13,887 bases of DNA from contig JAEOTS010000140.1 in the NCBI GenBank assembly GCA_016839745.1, positions 1-13,887 of the forward strand, in the 5' to 3' direction. The DNA is from Promethearchaeota archaeon. GTDB lineage: Archaea; Asgardarchaeota; Lokiarchaeia; Sigyniarchaeales; SOKP01. Position 1 is the first letter of the stretch. Every line of letters starts with the position of its first letter. Position numbers and translations under genes: made by a program. Under the pieces are notes generated by a model. The model was not told where the DNA came from, searched no databases, and saw only the letters and a program-made list of their open reading frames with translations. Below, one piece after another: positions 6,714-13,887 of this stretch.

Positions 6714-7631
6714 GTGATTTCTACATTGGGAGATATTCTATTTGCACTCTTTTTAAGCTTACTTGCTGGATTAGCAACCACATTTGGAAGTGTTATTGCT
6801 TTAATTGTAAAAAAGATTAGTCCCAAATTTATTTCCTTTAGTATGGGTTTTTCAGCAGGAGTAATGATACTGATAGCATTTGTGGAGTTACTACAAGAAG
6901 GCATTGAATCGATAGGATTATTAAGGGGTTCATTGTTTTTCTTCTTGGGGATGCTCATCATGTTTGGTATTGATGCATTCATCTCTCATGAGTATGAATT
7001 CGAAGATTCGATAGAAATTTTAACGAATAACAATGGATCCTGCAAACCTCATTCACACCATGTTCTATATCATAAAAAAGCTAAAGGAAAAAGGCAGCGA
7101 GCTCGCCAAGGGCTTCGTCAAGGATTTAGAGATGGGACGGGAATCAGACCTCGCGATGGGCGGGGACATAAATCTGAAGTCAATCTAGTGAAAACATCAA
7201 TTTTTACATTTTTAGGCGTCTTTATTCATAACTTTCCTGAGGGAATGGCTACATATATAGGAACTATCACAAATATTCAATTAGGAATTGTTTTAGCAGT
7301 AGCTATAGCCCTTCATAACGTTCCTGAAGGAATTGCTGTCGCTGTACCTATTTACGCATGTACTGGAGATAAAAAAAAGGCGTTTAAGTGGTCGTTTCTT
7401 TCTGGAATGAGCGAGCCATTAGGTGCCGTTGTTACTTGGATAGTTTTAACTCCTTTTATCACCCCATTTTTATTAAGTGCGATGCTTGCTCTCGTTGGAG
7501 GTATAATGGTCTACATTTCGTTAGACGAGTTATTACCTGCTTCGAGATCACTAGGAAACGAACATCTCTCCATTCTTGGGATAATTATGGGCATGTTTGT
7601 CATGATACTCAGTTTAGAATTATTGGGTTAA
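6714..7631 (+). CDS. zupT: ZIP family divalent metal transporter, ZupT-like
   Basis: Multiple hydrophobic segments, GFSAGVM, metal-site motifs HNFPEG and HNVPEGIAVAVP, SGMSEPLGA, GIMVYISLDELLP, His-containing loop. Confidence 0.93.
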   Translation: MISTLGDILFALFLSLLAGLATTFGSVIALIVKKISPKFISFSMGFSAGVMILIAFVELLQEGIESIGLLRGSLFFFLGMLIMFGIDAFISHEYEFEDSIEILTNNNGSCKPHSHHVLYHKKAKGKRQRARQGLRQGFRDGTGIRPRDGRGHKSEVNLVKTSIFTFLGVFIHNFPEGMATYIGTITNIQLGIVLAVAIALHNVPEGIAVAVPIYACTGDKKKAFKWSFLSGMSEPLGAVVTWIVLTPFITPFLLSAMLALVGGIMVYISLDELLPASRSLGNEHLSILGIIMGMFVMILSLELLG

Positions 7632-7671
7632 AAAGAAAAAGGTTGAATAATAATTCTTTAACAGGGGCTAT

Positions 7672-8811
7672 TTATCTTAACCTAGGAGGTGGCACATATA
7701 CTTTTCGCATACCTTCTAGCAAAATTATAGCGTTTTCGGGACAAAAATGAGCACAAACACCACAACCAATGCAATATTCATCATTAACTTCAGCGATATT
7801 ACTATCATTCAATTCTATAGCATCTACGGGACACTTTTCAACGCAAGTACTACATCCATTGCATAAATCAGGATCTACTTGAGATAGGTAATTAGTTGAG
7901 TTAATTAAAGCGACTATTCCCATTCTCCACCATTCCAAAGTGCCACAACAATCCTTACAGCAATTGCATATGCTTGTTTCTGTTTTTGTTATATCAGAAT
8001 GGGGATGAAATGCTTTGTGAACTAATCCATCATCTTCAGACTTTTTCATTATCTCTAAAGCTTCTCTTTTAGAGATTAAACGGCCGAATCCTTGTTCTGC
8101 TACATATCTTGCTGATTTACCAAATGTAAAGCAGTTTTCTCTAAGATCAGTTTGTTTACAAGGTTTCCCTAACAAATCTCTGTGATGTCTACAGAAACAG
8201 TGCCCAACAGAAATATCATCGAATTTTTCGATAAGTACTTCAACTTTCTGTGCAGGTACTATAGACTCTTCGGGAACTTCAAGTTCCTCATTTATGGATA
8301 AATTAATTTTGTCTCCCTGAAATGTGTCATTTAAAATTGGCATAGTTCTATCAATTGGAAGCATTTTTTCAAAAATTGGTAATATCTGTTCGTAATTTGC
8401 TTGAATAAAGTCTCTAGTTTCCTCGAAGTAATCTAAAAACATTTTTGCGAGTTTTTCTTCTACTTCGTTTCGCTCTATTTTTTTCATGTAAAGATATTCA
8501 AATGCTCCGACCATAAGCAATGGCATTAACCTATAGATCATCACACCTTTAGAGTTTGGTTGATTAAATATGAAACCCTTCTTTGCCAATCTTTTAACAA
8601 ATGATAAAATTTGAGCTTCAGGTAATTTACTTGTCCTCTTTAATTCTTCCATCGTTTGAGAAGTCTTCCTCCTAAACGCATTGATAAAATCCAATTCGTC
8701 TTCAGTAAGTAGTAGTTTTAATATCTCGATTAAAGTTTTATTAACGGCCGTAGGAAGAATCCCCGCTTTTACAATAATTTGTGCCGCTTTTTTATATTTT
8801 TCATCTAACAT
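7672..8811 (-). CDS. Iron-sulfur protein: N-terminal winged helix, Cys-rich middle domain, C-terminal 2x[4Fe-4S] ferredoxin domain
   Basis: TMEELKRTSKLPEAQILSFVKRLAKKGFIF (wHTH-like); CFCR..C..C, GLVH, ICNCCKDCC; CNGCSTCVEKCP and CIGCGVCAHFCP. ATG at 8811 preferred over TTG at 8820. Confidence 0.88.
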   Translation of the reverse strand: MLDEKYKKAAQIIVKAGILPTAVNKTLIEILKLLLTEDELDFINAFRRKTSQTMEELKRTSKLPEAQILSFVKRLAKKGFIFNQPNSKGVMIYRLMPLLMVGAFEYLYMKKIERNEVEEKLAKMFLDYFEETRDFIQANYEQILPIFEKMLPIDRTMPILNDTFQGDKINLSINEELEVPEESIVPAQKVEVLIEKFDDISVGHCFCRHHRDLLGKPCKQTDLRENCFTFGKSARYVAEQGFGRLISKREALEIMKKSEDDGLVHKAFHPHSDITKTETSICNCCKDCCGTLEWWRMGIVALINSTNYLSQVDPDLCNGCSTCVEKCPVDAIELNDSNIAEVNDEYCIGCGVCAHFCPENAIILLEGMRKVYVPPPRLR

Positions 8812-8949
8812 TAATATCAATTTAAATGGTAAGTTCTAATAATACTTAAAAACCTTCAAGATTAAAAAGCTTTAAACAATAAGCAATAACTAATGCTTTT
8901 ATAAATAATTAATAATATAAATTGTATTCTACAAATAGAGGATTTCGAT

Positions 8950-9759
8950 ATGGAATTTAAAAATATTATGTATGAGAAGGAGGATCAAGTAGTAACGATA
9001 ACGATTAATCGTCCACAGGTCCGTAACTGCATCAATAACGAAACAAATTTAGAATTACAGGACGCGTGGAAAGCATTTCGAGACGACGATGATGCGTTAG
9101 TTGCGATTTTCACTGGAGCAGGTGATAAGGCGTTTTCAGCGGGATGGGACCTCAATGATGCAGCTGCACTTGAAAAATTGGACAGTTACGATCAGTTTCG
9201 CGTTGCTGTACATGGTATTGATGGATTTTGTGGATATACCAAAAAATTTGACATATTTAAACCAATTATCGCAGCTATAAATGGTTATACCTACGCTGCA
9301 GGCCTTGAAAATTGTCTTTTGGCAGATATTCGAATAGCTTCAGAAAAAGCTAAATTTGGAGCCACGGAAAGGCGGTGGAATATAGTGGCTGGGGATGGGC
9401 TCTGCGTTCGATTACCACTTGTAATTGGGTACTCCCGCGCAATGGAACTCATTATCACTGGTCGAGTAATAGACGCTCAGGAAGCTTATCGAATAGGGTT
9501 GGTTAACGAAGTAGTCCCTCAAGATCAACTTATGAAGAGAGCTAGAGAGTTAGCTTTGTCAATATGTAAGTTACCTCAAGGAGCACTTCGCACAGATAAA
9601 GAAACGGTTGTAAGATGTGTAGGTCGAACCGTTGAAGAAAGAACATTTATTGAAACTGAAGGTGTCATGTCCATGTTTGCTAGAAGAGATAAACACACCG
9701 AAGGAGCTAAAGCGTTTCTTCAGAAAAGAAAGCCAGAATGGAAGGATCGAGGAATTTAA
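8950..9759 (+). CDS. Enoyl-CoA hydratase/isomerase (crotonase family)
   Basis: ITINRPQVRN, FSAGWDL, KPIIAAING, AAGLE and FGATE (both catalytic Glu positions occupied), EAYRIGLVNEVVP, EGAKAFLQKRKP. Confidence 0.93.
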   Translation: MEFKNIMYEKEDQVVTITINRPQVRNCINNETNLELQDAWKAFRDDDDALVAIFTGAGDKAFSAGWDLNDAAALEKLDSYDQFRVAVHGIDGFCGYTKKFDIFKPIIAAINGYTYAAGLENCLLADIRIASEKAKFGATERRWNIVAGDGLCVRLPLVIGYSRAMELIITGRVIDAQEAYRIGLVNEVVPQDQLMKRARELALSICKLPQGALRTDKETVVRCVGRTVEERTFIETEGVMSMFARRDKHTEGAKAFLQKRKPEWKDRGI

Positions 9760-9783
9760 GAATAAACGCAAATTTGAAGGTGA

Positions 9784-11070
9784 ATGAAATTGAGTGGAAA
9801 AAAAGGTAAAGTGCAGTGTATTGACGATGAGATTCTTGAAAAACTCTCGTTAACCACCCGTAATAAGTTTTTAAGTTACAATTTAATGAGTTTTTTGGAT
9901 TCTAATCATCTACAATTCCTCAAACGAGCTCAGGAGTTTTTCGAGAATTTTGAGAGGGATAATAAAATAACCCACAACGAAGATTTCTACGAGTGGATAC
10001 CAGAAATAGGCAGAAACGGGTATATTTCACGGTTATACAAATATGAAGATATTGATTTAAATTATGAACCTCACGGGATGACTACTGAATTTATGAAAAT
10101 TTTAGCTATGGATTTTTTCGATCCTCAGTTAACAATGGCTATTGAAGCTACCACAGTATCTTTAAATTCTATATTACTCCACCATGATGATTTCAAGATT
10201 CGATTAAAAGCTATAAAGGAATTAGTAACGGGGAAAAAAATAGGATGTATTTGTATTACAGAACCAGAAAGAGGATCTGACGCAGTACATATGCAAACAA
10301 CTTGTGAGGAACAAGATGATGGCAGTTTCTTACTTAATGGAGAAAAAATATATCAGACTAATGGTAGTAAAGCAGATTGGGCGGTTATTTATGCTGTTAC
10401 CGAAAAAAATAACGGAAATACTATGGCTCAGTTTCTAGTTGACACTTCTTTGGATGGTTGGACCGCTGAGCGTATTAATATTCCGTGGACTCCAAGGATG
10501 CACATGGCTAAAGAATACTTTAATAATTTAAAAATCTCTCCTGAATGTGTATTGGGTAAACCCGGTGAAGGAAGGTCTCACTTATTCGAAGGTCTTAATT
10601 TAGAGCGATTAACAATAGTGTGTTTAAATACTGCGGAAGCTTGGAATGCTATTACTCACGCGGTAATTTACGCGAACATGAGAAAACAATTCGATAAAGA
10701 AATTTTAAAATATCAAGGGGTAGGATTTCCTTTATCTGATCTCTGGGCACAAACTACGAACCTGACCTTAGCAACTCTAAATGTATGCAAAATGATTGAC
10801 GATAAAATGGAGCAGTTAGGCACCCTTCCCAAAGATTTCAATTTAGCTCTTGGCACCACCGCATCTCAACTAAAATTTCTTAGTGCAAAGTTAAGCGAAC
10901 GAGTAGTATATGAGTGCACAAATCTAATGGGGGGCGCAGGCATGTGTGATAACACTTTAATGCACGATTTACTAGGAATCTCTAGATTACAGGAGATCGG
11001 TGGGGGAACAAGGCAAGTTCAATCTCATATTATGACCTCAGCCTTAAGACAACTGTTTAAATTATTATAA
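9784..11070 (+). CDS. Acyl-CoA dehydrogenase
   Basis: CITEPERGSD, LNGEKIYQTNG, EGLNLERL, RKQFDKEILKYQGV, MGGAG, EIGGGT. 24 bp after the hydratase stop, so likely one operon. SD-like GGTGA at 9779-9783 would also fit a TTG start at 9790. Confidence 0.93.
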   Translation: MKLSGKKGKVQCIDDEILEKLSLTTRNKFLSYNLMSFLDSNHLQFLKRAQEFFENFERDNKITHNEDFYEWIPEIGRNGYISRLYKYEDIDLNYEPHGMTTEFMKILAMDFFDPQLTMAIEATTVSLNSILLHHDDFKIRLKAIKELVTGKKIGCICITEPERGSDAVHMQTTCEEQDDGSFLLNGEKIYQTNGSKADWAVIYAVTEKNNGNTMAQFLVDTSLDGWTAERINIPWTPRMHMAKEYFNNLKISPECVLGKPGEGRSHLFEGLNLERLTIVCLNTAEAWNAITHAVIYANMRKQFDKEILKYQGVGFPLSDLWAQTTNLTLATLNVCKMIDDKMEQLGTLPKDFNLALGTTASQLKFLSAKLSERVVYECTNLMGGAGMCDNTLMHDLLGISRLQEIGGGTRQVQSHIMTSALRQLFKLL

Positions 11071-11092
11071 AAGATTTAGCGATTAATATATT

Positions 11093-12052
11093 TCAAACTG
11101 TTACAAATAAAATATTAATTGCAATAAAAATAACAAAGAAACCCATAAAGATTAACCCATCTCTTTTATTAAACTGTTCTTTTTTAGAAGAAATATGCAT
11201 AAATAAGGTTATGAGCAACAGAATTAGCCAATTCCATAGCAGTATAAATTTAAAAGGTAGGTTCTTAATGAAAATCCCACTTACTCCGAATGAAATTGTT
11301 AAATTCCATATTAATTTGCCAATCATTCCCCCAAAGCCGATCTCAACAGTCTTTTTCTTTACAGATTTTAATACTAAAGTTAACTCTTCTACATTTGTGA
11401 CAAATGCTATAATAATAAACCCAAAAAATACTTCAGGTATCTGAATGATATCAATAATTTGATCAGCAGATAAAATTAGCAATTCACCCCCTATAAAAAT
11501 AAAAACCAGCCCTAAAGATGTTAGAATTATTCTCTTCATCTTAGAAGAGTTTTCCAATCCTTTTAGCTTTTGTTCGGCATATTCTAAATTAACTCCTATT
11601 TTTTCTTGCATATGATGCTTAAGATTTCTCAATACATAAATTATATACATTCCGATCGCGACGAATCCAGATACAAACATACCTCCACTAAAGATGAAGC
11701 TAAATAGAAGATTGATTAACAAAATATAAATAACTATAAAATAAAATTTAGAAATCGACCTAAATTTCATAGTATAGATTAGAACAGTTAACGAAAATGG
11801 TAAAGTCATCGCAATTATAGAATTACCTACCACATTTCCAAAAGAAATGTAAGGCAATCCATTAGTAGCAGCAATAATAGATGCGATTGATTCTTCAGGA
11901 TCAATTCCAAGAATCAGCATCCCAATAATAAAAGGTGATAAATTGTAGATGACACATAAATCTTTTAAATTATCTAAAAATAAATCAGCAGCAAAATAAA
12001 TTACAACATAACTCCCTATAAATAATGTTAGCCAGACGATCAGATTCAACAT
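11093..12052 (-). CDS. Cation/Ca2+ antiporter superfamily (Na_Ca_ex, YrbG/NCX_Mj-like) membrane protein with divergent alpha repeats
   Basis: About 10 hydrophobic segments in two similar halves; alpha-1 region GIDPEES...GNVVGNS, alpha-2 region VTNVEEL...GGMIGKL. Confidence 0.85.
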   Translation of the reverse strand: MLNLIVWLTLFIGSYVVIYFAADLFLDNLKDLCVIYNLSPFIIGMLILGIDPEESIASIIAATNGLPYISFGNVVGNSIIAMTLPFSLTVLIYTMKFRSISKFYFIVIYILLINLLFSFIFSGGMFVSGFVAIGMYIIYVLRNLKHHMQEKIGVNLEYAEQKLKGLENSSKMKRIILTSLGLVFIFIGGELLILSADQIIDIIQIPEVFFGFIIIAFVTNVEELTLVLKSVKKKTVEIGFGGMIGKLIWNLTISFGVSGIFIKNLPFKFILLWNWLILLLITLFMHISSKKEQFNKRDGLIFMGFFVIFIAINILFVTV

Positions 12053-12139
12053 TGAATTCTTATAATATAATGAAATTTAAAAACAATATTAAAATAAGCC
12101 GGATCGTCAAATAGCTATATGGTCAAGCCTATAAATAAT

Positions 12140-12156
12140 AAAGAAAAGGAAAAAAA
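12140..12156 (-). terminator. Oligo-T terminator after the RHH gene
   Basis: Minus strand reads TTTTTTTCCTTTTCTTT starting 3 nt after the stop codon at 12160. Confidence 0.55.
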
Positions 12157-12159
12157 TGA

Positions 12160-12324
12160 TTAATCCTTCCTTAGAAGAGTACTAAGCTCTATTTTTAGTA
12201 GATCTCGAATTGCTACGCGAATAACTTCTGAACGATTAGGATACATGTTCATGTTTACTAGTTCTTCAATACCCTTCAAATAAGCCTCTGGAATATGACA
12301 TGTTATGAGTTTTATTAAAACCAC
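12160..12324 (-). CDS. Small ribbon-helix-helix (CopG/Arc/MetJ) transcription factor, CdrS-like; not in the ORF track
   Basis: Hand translation: (V)VLIKLITCHIPEAYLKGIEELVNMNMYPNRSEVIRVAIRDLLKIELSTLLRKD*. Alternating beta strand, helix A, YPNRSE turn, helix B. Start is GTG 12324 (54 aa) or ATA 12315 (51 aa); upstream in-frame stop at 12358-12360. Confidence 0.9.
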   Translation of the reverse strand: MVLIKLITCHIPEAYLKGIEELVNMNMYPNRSEVIRVAIRDLLKIELSTLLRKD

Positions 12325-12372
12325 CTTATGAACTGTTAAAACGATTATTTTTAATATTTAGACGAGAAAACA

Positions 12373-12459
12373 GAATAATATATCAATATAATACTAGAAT
12401 AATATATTCAAAACACTCATAGATTTCACGAATAATATGTCTAAGCGTATTATTCTAGT
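12373..12459. repeat. Four GAATAATA boxes (three direct, one inverted) upstream of the RHH gene
   Basis: GAATAATA at 12373-12380, 12397-12404 and 12430-12437; TATTATTC at 12448-12455. Copies 2 and 4 extend to a 12-bp inverted repeat ACTAGAATAATA/TATTATTCTAGT (12393-12404, 12448-12459). Confidence 0.7.
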
Positions 12460-12578
12460 TTAATTTAATGAAAAGGAGTTTCCAAAGTTTAGATTATATA
12501 AAATGAGACAAGAAATGTTAAAAGACTTATTGTTAATAGGTCTGAATATCAAAATTCTAATTTATTAGAAAAATAAAG

Positions 12579-12622
12579 TTTATAACGGAAACCGATATAT
12601 AATCTAATATCGATAACTGATA
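12579..12622 (+). promoter_or_regulatory. TATA box and candidate PadR operator
   Basis: TTTATAAC (12579-12586) after an A-rich tract, then CGATAT-N8-ATATCG (12593-12612) and an overlapping TATC-N7-GATA (12608-12622) over the expected transcription start. Confidence 0.55.
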
Positions 12623-12673
12623 CATTTCGATTTAAACAAAAAAAAATCAATAAAATTTTGAATGTGACGCCTA

Positions 12674-13243
12674 TTGGTTGAAAGAATTGCTGGAAAATTT
12701 GAAAAAGCAATGAAAAAGGGATTTATTAGCACCCTAGCTTTAATGGTTTTAGAGAATGAACCTATGCACGGTCGTCAGATTAAAAAAGCTATAGAAGACC
12801 GCACATTTGGAGGTTGGGAACCCACAGACTCAACAATTTATACAATTCTAAAAGACTTACGAGAAAAAAATCTAATAATACCGATTCATATTCCAGGTAC
12901 AGATGAAAAAACGATAACTTACGAAATCACGGACGACGGTAAGAATACTCTTGAAATAATGATGAAAAAAGAGCAAGAAATAAGAGAGTCTATGAGATCT
13001 ATTATCACATCTACATTTGGAATTAAGGACGAATTAAGTAGTGATGAATTGAATGAGTTTTTTGAACAAAAATCTCCTTTTGCTAGAATTACTAATAAAC
13101 CTGAGATTGAAACACTACAAATGTTGGAATTCCAGAGAACTTTTCTAAATAAGAGAATTGAAGTATTAAACCAAAAGCTTCATAAGATTGAAGATAAGAT
13201 TTCAATATTGAAAGATAAAAATCGAAATGAAGAGGTATCGTAA
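12674..13243 (+). CDS. PadR family transcriptional regulator with C-terminal coiled coil
   Basis: LMVLENEPMHGRQIKKAI...WEPTDSTIYTILKDLREKNLI...YEITDDGK; TTG start; heptad-rich C-terminus. Confidence 0.92.
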   Translation: MVERIAGKFEKAMKKGFISTLALMVLENEPMHGRQIKKAIEDRTFGGWEPTDSTIYTILKDLREKNLIIPIHIPGTDEKTITYEITDDGKNTLEIMMKKEQEIRESMRSIITSTFGIKDELSSDELNEFFEQKSPFARITNKPEIETLQMLEFQRTFLNKRIEVLNQKLHKIEDKISILKDKNRNEEVS

Positions 13244-13267
13244 ATTTAAATCAAAAATTGAGAAAAA

Positions 13268-13887
13268 ATGTCAGAAACAGTAATTAAACTAGAAAACTTA
13301 ACGAAAAAATTCGGTAATTTTACAGCGGTAAACAACGTAAATCTCGAGGTATGTAGGGGAGAAACTATTGGACTAGTTGGTCCCAATGGTGCTGGAAAAA
13401 CGACAACTATCAAGATGATTGCGAAAATTCTCAGACCAAATTCAGGGAAAATATTAATTAGAACAAACCATAGCGGTTTACAAGATTTGCAAGGAGTATC
13501 AAGCACGGTTAGCCAAATAGGGTTTTTAATAGATATCCCTAATTTTTATAACATGACAGGATATCAATTACTTAAGTACTTTGCAAAAATTCAGAGATAT
13601 CCAAAAAATAAAATAGAGAGCAGAATCGATGAACTTTTAAAGCTCTTTAAACTTTCGGAATGGAAACATGAAAGGGTAAGAAACTATTCTAAAGGTATGA
13701 CGCAAAAATTAGGAATTATTCAAGCAATATTACACGATCCGGAGATCATAATATTAGACGAGCCACAAACGGGATTAGATCCCTTGGCTCGCATTGAAAT
13801 ACGTAAATATATCAGAAAACTTCAAACATTAGGAAAAACCATCTTTGTAGCTTCGCACATGTTATACGAAATTTCTGAAGTATGTGA
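13268..13887 (+). CDS. ABC transporter ATP-binding protein (ABC-2/CcmA multidrug-export type), truncated by the window end; not in the ORF track
   Basis: Hand translation from ATG 13268: MSETVIKLENLTKKFGNFTAV..., Walker A GPNGAGKTT, signature YSKGMTQK, Walker B IIILDEP, H-loop ASH; no stop before 13887. Confidence 0.95.
   Translation, partial: MSETVIKLENLTKKFGNFTAVNNVNLEVCRGETIGLVGPNGAGKTTTIKMIAKILRPNSGKILIRTNHSGLQDLQGVSSTVSQIGFLIDIPNFYNMTGYQLLKYFAKIQRYPKNKIESRIDELLKLFKLSEWKHERVRNYSKGMTQKLGIIQAILHDPEIIILDEPQTGLDPLARIEIRKYIRKLQTLGKTIFVASHMLYEISEVC

Noticed and set aside
6683-7750. ORFs 6683-6982 (-) and 7388-7750 (+)
   Set aside because: Antisense or alternate-frame overlaps of the well-supported ZIP gene.
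7672-8811. Selenocysteine recoding in the Cys-rich Fe-S protein
   Set aside because: The ORF is uninterrupted and ends in TAA; no in-frame TGA needs recoding.
8881-8934. Short inverted repeats AAGCA-N8-TGCTT and TTGTA-N3-TACAA upstream of the hydratase
   Set aside because: Five-bp arms in very AT-rich DNA are expected by chance.
9571-9771. 66-aa minus-strand ORF
   Set aside because: Antisense to the hydratase 3' end.
11211-11444. 77-aa plus-strand ORF
   Set aside because: Antisense to the exchanger.
95-12324. SB-like protein and CdrS-like RHH gene as one cell-division locus
   Set aside because: They are over 10 kb apart with unrelated metabolic genes between; nothing in the sequence links them.
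12373-12459. GAATAATA repeats as a mini-CRISPR or replication origin
   Set aside because: Units are only 8-12 bp with irregular spacing and mixed orientation; no cas or orc1/cdc6 gene and no G-string ORB motif in the window.
13246-13506. 86-aa minus-strand ORF
   Set aside because: Antisense shadow of the ABC ATPase, whose Walker A motif is on the plus strand.

Overview
AT-rich archaeal chromosomal segment, about 30% GC by eye. Archaeal TATA/BRE promoters, oligo-T terminators and gene content suggest an Asgard archaeon, probably Lokiarchaeia; this is inference, not a database result. Gene order: (1) 466-aa mostly disordered protein whose C-terminus aligns without gaps to the ESCRT-I steadiness box (SB) of TSG101/Vps23; (2) nadE; (3-4) two hypothetical proteins; (5) orphan N6-adenine-type DNA methyltransferase with an inserted Cys4 motif; (6) tandem-duplicated DUF6125/V4R-like protein; (7) ZupT-type ZIP transporter with a DtxR/MntR-like palindrome at its start; (8) winged-helix/poly-Cys/2x[4Fe-4S] protein; (9-10) enoyl-CoA hydratase and acyl-CoA dehydrogenase; (11) cation/Ca2+ exchanger with non-canonical alpha repeats; (12) a small CdrS-like ribbon-helix-helix gene absent from the ORF track, preceded by four GAATAATA boxes; (13-14) PadR regulator and an ABC ATPase running off the right edge. 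No rRNA, tRNA, CRISPR array or mobile element was seen. The best candidates for new biology are the SB-like scaffold protein and the stand-alone CdrS-like RHH gene with its repeat-rich upstream region.
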